Assembly: GCA_038128265.1 (NCBI GenBank)
Contig: JAYPJE010000012.1
Coordinates: 37,333 to 92,606, forward strand
From: Gemmatimonadota bacterium
GTDB lineage: Bacteria > Latescibacterota > UBA2968 > UBA8231
Reading direction: 5' to 3'
Length of the DNA stretch: 55,274 nucleotides
Shown: positions 1 to 8,458 of the stretch, one piece after another
How the letters are laid out: every line of letters starts with the position of its first letter
Position numbering within the stretch: position 1 is the first letter of the stretch
The notes under the pieces: generated by a model
Seen by the model: the letters and a program-made list of their open reading frames with translations, nothing else
Databases searched by the model: none
What the model was told of the DNA's origin: nothing
Program-made: the position numbers and the translations under genes

Positions 1-542
1 ACTCGATGTCCGACGATCACGGCGATCGGATTTTTCCCGATGGCGTACAGTCTCTCAACATCGCGCTGACGTATCCGTGGAACAACTGGATATTTCGTGC
101 GGCACTGCACATGGATGGAATTCGCGACGCAACGCCGCTCATGCGGGTACATACGGTATCTGTAAACTTTGAAGGGGATCGACTTTCTGGGCTGACGGAA
201 TTCGCCGCCAAGTTTTCCGAGACGGAATCGGGCGCACCCGATGTGCGCAAGGTCGCCCTCTACCAGTACTTGGGATACAAGCTGAACGATCATCTGACGC
301 CGTACGTTGGCCTGGATATGATCTCTAAAAACAGAGTGGAAGGAGACGATCAGACGCGTTCCATGGTGAAGACCATGCTGGGCATTTCATTTATGCCGGA
401 CGCTCGAATGACCTTCAAGACACAGTTAGAGCGACACCGGAATACTACGGGGGGCCATGCAGATCATGTTGAGGGCGATACGCCTGACGCTGCAGACGAC
501 CCACACAACGTGCTGATTTTTCAGCTGTCTGTAGGTATCTAG
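1..542 (+). CDS. Outer-membrane porin-like beta-barrel protein, C-terminal part (probably 5'-truncated by the window edge)
   Basis: The frame is open to the left edge. Alternating amphipathic beta-strand pattern with a barrel-type C-terminus (VLIFQLSVGI). Directly upstream of a periplasmic-binding-like gene and a sensor kinase. Confidence 0.6.
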   Translation, partial: SMSDDHGDRIFPDGVQSLNIALTYPWNNWIFRAALHMDGIRDATPLMRVHTVSVNFEGDRLSGLTEFAAKFSETESGAPDVRKVALYQYLGYKLNDHLTPYVGLDMISKNRVEGDDQTRSMVKTMLGISFMPDARMTFKTQLERHRNTTGGHADHVEGDTPDAADDPHNVLIFQLSVGI

Positions 543-547
543 TTCCC

Positions 548-1018
548 ATGAGCTATTTTGCGCGCCTAAAGCGCATGCTGTATGCGTCACTGGGTTCCAT
601 CGCGCTGTGTGCGAGTGGTGTCGCTGCGGAAGACGATCCACAGCTCAGACCCATCCTAGTGGGCAATGTTAAAGCCGAACAGCTACCCGATTCGGTGCGC
701 GTTGCGGATATCATGCGCGGCGATCGGCGCAGTTGGCCCGATGGGACGATATTAACCGTCGTGTTGCCGAGTCGGAAGCATCCTCTCTTTGACCAAGTGG
801 GGAAAGATTTTTTTGCCGGCAAAGGCGCACCCTTGCAGCGACACTGGCTTCGGCTCGTATTCAGCGGTCGAGGAAATCCACCCCTGTATGCCGAGAGCAT
901 CGAGGAGATGTGCGAGTTGGTCCAATCGAACCGCGGTTCGTGTGCTCTTTTCTACGACGCGGTGCCAACCCCATGTCAGTCGCTGCCGCGGTCACCACGC
1001 CTCGATACTTCCCAATAG
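548..1018 (+). CDS. Small exported periplasmic-binding-protein-like protein (phosphate ABC substrate-binding-like short family)
   Basis: Signal peptide ending ...SGVAA-EDD. Motifs G.RRSWPDG and HWLRLVFSGRGNPP resemble the short PBP-like family found between porins and sensors. Confidence 0.65.
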   Translation: MSYFARLKRMLYASLGSIALCASGVAAEDDPQLRPILVGNVKAEQLPDSVRVADIMRGDRRSWPDGTILTVVLPSRKHPLFDQVGKDFFAGKGAPLQRHWLRLVFSGRGNPPLYAESIEEMCELVQSNRGSCALFYDAVPTPCQSLPRSPRLDTSQ

Positions 1019-1041
1019 CATGCGATAGTACACCCGCCGCT

Positions 1042-2922
1042 ATGCTTTCGTCGTCTCTGCTGCTGAAGCTGGTAGTGCCCTATGTCACGGCACTCTCCCT
1101 CATCGCGTTTGCACTGCTGTATGTAGTCCCCCAAAAACAGAAGGACGATTTTCTCGAAGACGTTACGGCACAGCTCAGCGCCATTAGCCAAACGGCAGCA
1201 AACGGCGTTGAGATTGCCATCGAAGAGGAAGATTTCTCTTCTCTTTCGATGATAAACCGGCTCTTGGAATCAAATCCCAATGTGAGCTTTGCCGCCATAT
1301 ACGTCGAAGAAGATGGCGGCAGTGAACTCTTCGCTCTCTACCCCAGTGAACTGGCCGATGACACCACATTTTCCGTAGATGCTGAGCGCTATTTAATGCA
1401 CAGTCATCCCATCGAAACGGACCTGTTTAACGGGCGCGTTTTAGTGGGCTATGACGCCACCCTCTTTGAGGAGCAAGCGCAACAGCTGAACAGTCCGGTA
1501 TACATGGCGTTCGCGTTTGTTCTATTGGTTCAGTTCTGGAGCTATCGAACGATTTCGCGCTCGGTCGTCCAGCCTATTCGCCGGGCCGCGGTAGCGGCAG
1601 ACGCCCTGGGAGCGGGTGGACTGGACTCGCCGCTCCAGCTAGCTCCTCGAGAAGATGAAATTGGCCAACTGCACGATTCGCTGCGCAACCTGCAGAGCAG
1701 CTTGCAGGGACAGCGAAGTCGAAACGACGAACTGATGGCCTCGCTGGAGGAGCGCGTCAGAGAAAGGACGGCCGAGCTACAAGAGGCGCTGTCGACAAAG
1801 GACCATTTCCTGTCCTCTGTCAGCCACGAGTTGCGCACGCCGCTACACGGCATCATTTCCTCGCTCGAACTACAGCTTCAGACCGCTGGTGAGACGAACC
1901 AGTCGGACGATTCGATTGAAGTCGTGAGAAATGGCCTAGTTGCTGCCCGGTCGCTGCTGACGCTGATAAACGACCTGCTGGACTATCAAAAGTTCGCCAG
2001 TCAGGGGATTGAACTGAATCCCAAATCTACCAGTATGATCGATCTACTACAGCGTCTTGAGAGCGTGGTGAATCCACTTTTTCAATCCAGTGCGGTTCGC
2101 CTGCGCAGCGAGTACGCCGAGTGTGAGGGACTGTGGGTACGCGTCGATCCGCAGCGTTTGGAACAGATACTCGTCAATTTGGTGGGCAATGCCTGTAAGT
2201 TCACCCGCGAAGGAGAAGTCGCGCTGGATGTGCGGGTAGAAAGCACTGACGACGGCGCGCGCTGCACATTCACCATAGCCGATACGGGTATCGGTATGGA
2301 CGAAGATACGATCCGCCGTCTCGGTGAGCCCTTTTTCCAGAGCACAGAAGGCTACAGTCGCAAATTCGGCGGTACCGGCTTGGGGCTCAGCATTGTAAAA
2401 CGCCTGTTGGAAGCGATGGATTCGCACATCGAGGTACACAGCGTTCTGGGCGAAGGTAGCACCTTCTCGTTTGCGCTAGCGTTGCCGGTGGTAGAATCAG
2501 AAGCAGCGGTGAGCGACGGCGCGCCGCAGGATCTGGCCCTGTCCGAGCGGCTGCGCGTGCTCTACGTCGAGGATATGGAGATAAATCAGTTTTTTATGCG
2601 GGCCACGGCAAAACAGCTAAACGTAGAACTCGTGCTGGCAAGCAGTGCGTTAGAAGGCTACGAGAAAATAAAAAACGAAGAATTTGATTTGGTATTGACC
2701 GATATTCAGATGCCGGAGCACGATGGCACTGAACTGGTCAGATGGGTGCGCGAAAATTCTGATATACCACCCGGTCTACAGGTAGTTGCCTTTACTGCCC
2801 ACGCCGAACAGGAACGCGTAGAACAGTTTCTGGACATGGGTTTTAACAGTGTGCTGACCAAGCCACTGCGCATCGAAGAACTCCGGCTTACCCTCGAGCA
2901 CGTGCAGCAGCAAAAGTCCTAA
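1042..2922 (+). CDS. Membrane hybrid sensor histidine kinase (2 TM, HAMP, HisKA, HATPase, REC)
   Basis: H-box SHELRTPL, N-box NLVGNACKF, G1 DTGIG, G2 GGTGLGL, REC with LTDIQMP and KP. Start taken at ATG 1042 rather than the ORF-track start 910. Confidence 0.93.
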   Translation: MLSSSLLLKLVVPYVTALSLIAFALLYVVPQKQKDDFLEDVTAQLSAISQTAANGVEIAIEEEDFSSLSMINRLLESNPNVSFAAIYVEEDGGSELFALYPSELADDTTFSVDAERYLMHSHPIETDLFNGRVLVGYDATLFEEQAQQLNSPVYMAFAFVLLVQFWSYRTISRSVVQPIRRAAVAADALGAGGLDSPLQLAPREDEIGQLHDSLRNLQSSLQGQRSRNDELMASLEERVRERTAELQEALSTKDHFLSSVSHELRTPLHGIISSLELQLQTAGETNQSDDSIEVVRNGLVAARSLLTLINDLLDYQKFASQGIELNPKSTSMIDLLQRLESVVNPLFQSSAVRLRSEYAECEGLWVRVDPQRLEQILVNLVGNACKFTREGEVALDVRVESTDDGARCTFTIADTGIGMDEDTIRRLGEPFFQSTEGYSRKFGGTGLGLSIVKRLLEAMDSHIEVHSVLGEGSTFSFALALPVVESEAAVSDGAPQDLALSERLRVLYVEDMEINQFFMRATAKQLNVELVLASSALEGYEKIKNEEFDLVLTDIQMPEHDGTELVRWVRENSDIPPGLQVVAFTAHAEQERVEQFLDMGFNSVLTKPLRIEELRLTLEHVQQQKS

Positions 2923-2985
2923 ACTCGCACCACCCTTTCGTTGCTGGTCGCGCGTGCGCGTTTCCATACACATATCCGTACATGG

Positions 2986-3024
2986 CGCACCGTGCGCATG
3001 CTCGATGCACGTGCGCACGGTGCG
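2986..3024. repeat. Intergenic inverted repeat (13-bp stem)
   Basis: cgcaccgtgcgca (2986-2998) is the exact reverse complement of tgcgcacggtgcg (3012-3024). Confidence 0.6.
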
Positions 3025-3123
3025 GCCAAACGCGGAAGGCGTTGCCACAGGCATTTCTGCTGCAGGCACCGTCGCGTATATTTGCCCTGCTGAAAAGCGC
3101 ATGCATACGAGGGAGCGGTGGCG

Positions 3124-4299
3124 ATGGTTTCGGCTGGAGAAGAGGGCGGTGGGGGCGCATCGGAGCGCTTGCCCAAGGCGTTCTATGCGCTTTACTACGG
3201 CGCCGGAGCGTGCCTGTTTCCCTTTGTGCCGCTCTACTACGACCAGATTGGTCTCAACGGCGACCAGATCGGTTTGCTGGCCGGCATCCCGTCGGCGATG
3301 GTGCTGATCGGCGGCGCGCTGTGGGGCGGTCTGGCCGACTCGACGGGGCGGCACAGGGCCGTTTTGCTGCTGGCCATTGTAGGTTCGATTGGCTTGTCGC
3401 AACTGCTATCGTCGCTGAGCGCCTTTTTCTGGTTGATCCCCCTCGTATTTGCCATGGCATTTTTCATGTCGCCCATCGTGCCGCTGGTCGATCACTCCGT
3501 ATTGGAAATGCTCGGTGCTCGGCGCGCGCGCTATGGCAAGGTGCGCATGTGGGGTGCGGTAGGTTGGGGCGTGGCCGGACCGCTTATCGGTTGGATTGTC
3601 GAGCGCTCCCATCTGGACTGGGCATTTCGCGGATACGGGCTGCTAATGGGGCTATGTCTGCTGGTTGTGGCCTGTTTACCGGTGCGCGCCCGCCTGTCGG
3701 AAGGTCCGTTCCGAGGCGGTATAAAACAGCTTCTGAGCGATCGCCGCTGGCATTTGTTTTTGTTCTTGGCCTTTACCGGCGGCGTTGGTTTGGGTTTTGC
3801 CCATCACTACTTGTTTCTCTACATGGATGGGTTAGGTGCATCGCGCGCTGCGATGGGCTGGGCGCTGAGCATGGCGACCGTGAGCGAGTTGGTGGCGTTT
3901 GCGCTGGCCGAACGCGCCATGCGGCGCTGGGGAGCGCGCACGCTCTTTCTGGCGGCCCTGTTGGCCTCGGCGCTGCGCCTGCTGGCCTATGCGCTGGCCA
4001 CCGAGCCGTGGCATGCGCTGTGCGTGCAGCTACTGCACGGTCCCTCTTTTGCCCTGATGTGGATGGCCGGCGTGTCGTGGGCCAATCGCATCGCACCACC
4101 CGGCGCAGGAGCGACGGCACAGAGCCTGTTTGGCGGTGTCAACTTTGGCCTGGGTGGAACGGCGGCGGCGCTGGCTGGCGGTGCTTTGCTCGAGCGAGTA
4201 GGAGCGGCCGCTATGTATAAGTGGGGTGCGCTGAGCGTATTGGTAGGATTAGTTGTATGCGTATTGGCCGAGCGGGCGGTAGGAATAGAAGAAGAATAA
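3124..4299 (+). CDS. MFS transporter (MFS_1-like, MFSD6/HcaT-like)
   Basis: About 12 hydrophobic segments, motif A GGLADSTGRHR, YGKVRMWG and QLLHG. RBS gagggag upstream of ATG 3124 (alternative GTG 3118). Confidence 0.9.
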   Translation: MVSAGEEGGGGASERLPKAFYALYYGAGACLFPFVPLYYDQIGLNGDQIGLLAGIPSAMVLIGGALWGGLADSTGRHRAVLLLAIVGSIGLSQLLSSLSAFFWLIPLVFAMAFFMSPIVPLVDHSVLEMLGARRARYGKVRMWGAVGWGVAGPLIGWIVERSHLDWAFRGYGLLMGLCLLVVACLPVRARLSEGPFRGGIKQLLSDRRWHLFLFLAFTGGVGLGFAHHYLFLYMDGLGASRAAMGWALSMATVSELVAFALAERAMRRWGARTLFLAALLASALRLLAYALATEPWHALCVQLLHGPSFALMWMAGVSWANRIAPPGAGATAQSLFGGVNFGLGGTAAALAGGALLERVGAAAMYKWGALSVLVGLVVCVLAERAVGIEEE

Positions 4300-4353
4300 C
4301 AGCTGCGCACTGGCAGCCAAAAAAGGCGTACAGTCGGAGCAGAGGAGTAATCA

Positions 4354-6465
4354 ATGAAACGCGAAAAGGCCGTTTCTCTGACGTTGGATGCATCGGCTCT
4401 CGAAGCGCGTGGTCAATTGCGCAATGTGCGTTTTGACGGAGAAGCTATAACGCTGGACGATCGCGTACTGGTCGAAGACGATGCGCCGGCCATTGGTCAA
4501 CCACAGGGGATGCAAGACCGCGCCTGGTTTGAAAAACTGCAGGCCGGGGTGGTGCTGCGCAAAGACTTGTTGCTAGACGATGCGCGCGCGGTGGCTGCTC
4601 ATCTGGTTTTTGCCGGCATCGAGCGCGACGACAACGCAGCGTCGCTCTACCTGCGCGTAAACGGCGTGGAGCTCGTGCGCCCTCCGAGCAAGTGGGCGTA
4701 TCCCTTTGCGCGCCAGTACTACACCAGCGACTGGGGTGGCTCGCACTTTGACAATTGGTTTGTGGTGCCCATACCACCCGGTGCGCTGCGTGCCGGGCGC
4801 AACGAAATCCTACTGTGGACCGATTCGCCGGAGGCGAGCTGGGAGATCATGGTCGCTGCTGACGCGGAGTACGAGCGCGGATCGCTGACGCGGTTGCAGC
4901 ACCCCAATCGCAGCGCCAAGAGCCGAGACGGCGGCGCGACGTGGGATTGGGAGCATCTGGGATGGCAAGATGCGCTGGACGGTGAGTACTGTATTCGCCT
5001 GAGCCTGCAGCGCTACGCCCGCACGGGAACCTACATTTCGCCGGTCATCGACCTAGCGGGTGAGGGCGATGTAAAGCATTTCCTTCACGTGCGCGAAAGC
5101 CGTATGCGCTGGGCTGTGGAACAGCCGGAAGGCTGCACGGCGCACGCGCGCGTGCGCTTTGGAGACAGTCCACGGCCCGAAGCGGAGGACTGGTCTGATT
5201 ACGTCGCGGCAGAGGGGTTGGAGCTGTGCTTCGACGGCGCTCGCTATGCGCAGTTTGAGCTCGAATTGAGCACGGATAATCCACTGGCGTCGCCGCGCGT
5301 GCTCGGTGTTTCAATCGAGAGCGCAGCAGTAAAAAGGGCGCAGAGCGGATCGCTGCGCCACCGGGTGCGCAGCGTAGAGCATAATCCCATCGTGCGCTCG
5401 TCGGTCGACTACGTCTATGAAGACTTTGCCGCGCTGGCCAGTCTGCGCAGAGACTTTGAACTGGATCGAGTTGTGGCCGATGCGCCGGGCGAGTTTGCCG
5501 CTCAGCTGTGCCTGCTGCGCTGGGCCTATCAGGTGCCGCTGGGTGCGCTCGACCCGTACGCGTGGCGCTATGCCGACCTGCTCCAGGCGCAGCGCGACGG
5601 TGCTGGGCAGATCGTCCTAAACGGCGATTACGGCAAGCGCCGCCGCGACGGCCACTGCCTATTTAGCAACCTAGCGCTGGTCGCTGCCTGCACGGCCATG
5701 GGCTATCCGGCGCGCTGGGTCAATATATCCACCAAGCACACCTATGGTCACGAAGTGGCTGAGGTGTGGTCAAACGAATTCGGCAAGTGGGTCTTTATGG
5801 ACGCCACGCGCGACTATTATATCTACGATCCGGACAGCGGCATTCCGCTCAGTCTGGTGGAAATTGGCCAGCGCCTCGGCGAGGTGGTGCCGGGACCGTC
5901 GACGTGGGCATTTCCCGTGCAGTGGCGCGTGCCCAACAAGGCCATGCTCAGCGGCGTGCGCGTCGCCTACCGAGAGGGCGATCACCCCTATTCGGTGCGC
6001 TCCGAAGACGAGGTGGAAGGCGAGGATTTGCTGATGTACAAAGGCCACATCCAAATGCCGCTGCGCAACGACTTTGCCAGCCGTCCGCATCCAGTTCCAT
6101 GGCGCCTGTCGAGTAACTGGGGTAGTGACCAGTTTTATTGCTATTACAGCGAGCCCTTTCCGCGCAAGGAAGAGTACCAGGGACAGACCAATCGCTGGCA
6201 GGACTTTAATCCGACGCTCAACGGCTGCGAGCTCTTTATCTGCGAAACGGATCAGCGCGGAGTGCTGCGGGTAGAAATTGATACGCAGACGCCGCACTTC
6301 GAGGCATTCTTGGTACGAGTAGACAACGGCGCCGAGCAGGTATTGCCCGAGGGCACTTTTGAGTGGGCGCTGCACGAGGGCGCAAATCGCCTGCGCGTGC
6401 GCGCGCGCAATCGCGCCGGGGTTTGCGGTGCATCCAGCCATGCTGCTGTTGTGGCGCATAGCTGA
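4354..6465 (+). CDS. Large transglutaminase-like (Cys-His-Asp) domain protein with beta-sandwich modules and an Asp-box
   Basis: GHCLFSN...GYPARWV...GHEVAEVWSNEFGKWVFMDAT triad pattern. SRDGGATW Asp-box. RBS gaggag. Confidence 0.75.
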   Translation: MKREKAVSLTLDASALEARGQLRNVRFDGEAITLDDRVLVEDDAPAIGQPQGMQDRAWFEKLQAGVVLRKDLLLDDARAVAAHLVFAGIERDDNAASLYLRVNGVELVRPPSKWAYPFARQYYTSDWGGSHFDNWFVVPIPPGALRAGRNEILLWTDSPEASWEIMVAADAEYERGSLTRLQHPNRSAKSRDGGATWDWEHLGWQDALDGEYCIRLSLQRYARTGTYISPVIDLAGEGDVKHFLHVRESRMRWAVEQPEGCTAHARVRFGDSPRPEAEDWSDYVAAEGLELCFDGARYAQFELELSTDNPLASPRVLGVSIESAAVKRAQSGSLRHRVRSVEHNPIVRSSVDYVYEDFAALASLRRDFELDRVVADAPGEFAAQLCLLRWAYQVPLGALDPYAWRYADLLQAQRDGAGQIVLNGDYGKRRRDGHCLFSNLALVAACTAMGYPARWVNISTKHTYGHEVAEVWSNEFGKWVFMDATRDYYIYDPDSGIPLSLVEIGQRLGEVVPGPSTWAFPVQWRVPNKAMLSGVRVAYREGDHPYSVRSEDEVEGEDLLMYKGHIQMPLRNDFASRPHPVPWRLSSNWGSDQFYCYYSEPFPRKEEYQGQTNRWQDFNPTLNGCELFICETDQRGVLRVEIDTQTPHFEAFLVRVDNGAEQVLPEGTFEWALHEGANRLRVRARNRAGVCGASSHAAVVAHS

Positions 6466-6474
6466 GATCGGTCG

Positions 6475-8247
6475 CTAGCCCTCGGCGATTTCGCTCAGCG
6501 CTTCCCAGCGCGTGTAGGCCTGCTGTAGGGTTTCTTCTACCTCGCCGAGGCGTCCCTGTGCGGCGGCCACGTCTCCGCCGCTTTGCTGGTAAAATCCGGG
6601 GTCGGCCATCTGTTTGTGCAGTGCCGCTTGCTCTGCTTCCAGCGCTTCAATTTTTTCTGGTAGCCCATCCAATTCGCGCTGCTCGTTAAAGCTCAGCTTG
6701 CGCGTGCGCTGACGACTGCGCTGCGGCGGTGGTGGCTTGGTCTCAGCGGCACGCTCGGCACGTGTCGCCCGGTGCCGCTCTAACCAGTCGCTGTATCCTC
6801 CGGCATATTCGCCGATGCGTCCGTCTCCCTCAAAGACGAGTATGCTCGTTACCACATTGTCCAGAAATGCGCGATCGTGGCTGACCATTAGCAGCGTGCC
6901 GCCGTAGTTGACCAGCTGCTCCTCCAGCAGTTCAAGCGTTTCAGCATCTAGATCGTTGGTCGGCTCATCGAGCACTAGCAAGTTGGCCGGTTTGGCAAAG
7001 AGGCGCGCCAGCAAGAGGCGATTGCGTTCGCCGCCCGAAAGAGCGCCCACCGGCGTGCGCGCGCGCGCCGGCGTAAAGAGAAAGTCTTGCAGGTATCCGT
7101 AGACGTGTCGGCGCTGTCCGTTGATGTCGAGGTATTCCTGGCCTGGTGCGATGTTTTCTGCGACGCTCTCGTCGAGGTTGAGCTGGGCGCGCAGCTGGTC
7201 GAAGTGCGCCGTCTGCAGGCGCGTGCCGTGGCGCACGCTGCCGCGCTGGGGGGATAGCTGGCCCAGCAGCATGCGCAGCAGCGTAGTCTTGCCGCTGCCG
7301 TTGGGGCCGACTACGCCTATTTTGTCGCCGCGTCCGACGATGAGCGAGAGATCGCAGACCTGTGGCTGCCCTTCTAGGTAGGCAAAGTAGAGGTCTTTGG
7401 CTTCAATAACGAGGTCGCCCGAGCGCTCGGCTTCCTGCACGCGCAGGCGCGCATTGCCCTGGCGCAGGCGGCGCTGCTGGCGTTCCTCGCGCATTTTCTT
7501 CAGCGTGCGCACGCGGCCCTCGTTGCGCGTGCGCCGCGCCGATATACTCTGGCGCACCCACTTTTCTTCTTCGCTGAGGCGTGCGTCAAAAACGGAGGCC
7601 TGCGTCGTTTCGTGCACCAAGCGCGCATCGCGGTTTTTTAGAAAGTCGTCGTAGCTACCCGGATGCGAGTAGAGCTGGCCGCGGTCGATTTCGGCAATGC
7701 GCGTGGCCAAGCGGCGGACAAAGGCGCGGTCGTGGCTGACGAAGATGAGAGTGCCTTCCCAGCGCAGGAGAAATTCTTCCAGATAGAGAATGGAGTCGAG
7801 GTCGAGGTGGTTGGTTGGCTCGTCGAGCAGGAGCAGGTCGGGATGGGAAGTCAGAGCGCGGGCCAGCAGGACGCGGCGCTTAAGACCGCCGGAGAGCTGG
7901 GCAAAGTCGGCCTGTGGATCTAGCTGCAGCCGCGTGAGCGCGCTATCGGCCCAGTGCGGTGGATCGCCGGGGCGCAGTCCCTGCTGTGCAATGCTGAGCA
8001 CCGAGCCTGCCGTGCCGTCGGGCACGTCCTGATCGAGACGAGCAACGCGCGCTTGGCGTTCGAGCGCCAGCTCGCCGCCGTCCGGGCGAATCTCTCCGCT
8101 GATCAGTTTCATAAGGGTGGACTTGCCCTCGCCGTTGCGCCCGACTAGGCAGACGCGCTCGGCGCGTTCGACCTGCAGGTCAATACGGTCTAGGATAGGG
8201 GGGCCGCCAAAAGCGATGTGTAGCTGACGCAGGTTGAGAAGGGGCAT
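6475..8247 (-). CDS. uup: ABC-F family ATPase Uup
   Basis: Two ABC domains (GRNGEGKST, LSGG, DEPTN; GPNGSGKT, LSGGE, DEPTN), linker ARRTRNEGRVR and C-terminal KLSFNEQREL coiled coil. Start at MPLLNL. Confidence 0.92.
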   Translation of the reverse strand: MPLLNLRQLHIAFGGPPILDRIDLQVERAERVCLVGRNGEGKSTLMKLISGEIRPDGGELALERQARVARLDQDVPDGTAGSVLSIAQQGLRPGDPPHWADSALTRLQLDPQADFAQLSGGLKRRVLLARALTSHPDLLLLDEPTNHLDLDSILYLEEFLLRWEGTLIFVSHDRAFVRRLATRIAEIDRGQLYSHPGSYDDFLKNRDARLVHETTQASVFDARLSEEEKWVRQSISARRTRNEGRVRTLKKMREERQQRRLRQGNARLRVQEAERSGDLVIEAKDLYFAYLEGQPQVCDLSLIVGRGDKIGVVGPNGSGKTTLLRMLLGQLSPQRGSVRHGTRLQTAHFDQLRAQLNLDESVAENIAPGQEYLDINGQRRHVYGYLQDFLFTPARARTPVGALSGGERNRLLLARLFAKPANLLVLDEPTNDLDAETLELLEEQLVNYGGTLLMVSHDRAFLDNVVTSILVFEGDGRIGEYAGGYSDWLERHRATRAERAAETKPPPPQRSRQRTRKLSFNEQRELDGLPEKIEALEAEQAALHKQMADPGFYQQSGGDVAAAQGRLGEVEETLQQAYTRWEALSEIAEG

Positions 8248-8458
8248 GGGATGCGCTGGCAAAAGGGTTGTCGGAAACTCAAAGATACCGCTCGGCCAGC
8301 AGCAGGCAATAGGTGCCTGTGCACGGGGGATCGGTGCCTTGTGTAGAATCACCTTTTCGGAGTGATTAGGACGGATCGGCATAGCCGACGTACAGTGCAA
8401 ACGGTTTCAGTGCGCTCGTGCCTATCGCCACAGCATCCACCCCACTCAATCGTGCGGA

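Noticed and set aside
2982..4220. 412-aa ORF overlapping the MFS gene, and many similar Arg/Ala-rich long ORFs across the window
   Set aside because: Off-frame or antisense shadows typical of high-GC DNA, overlapping well-supported genes.
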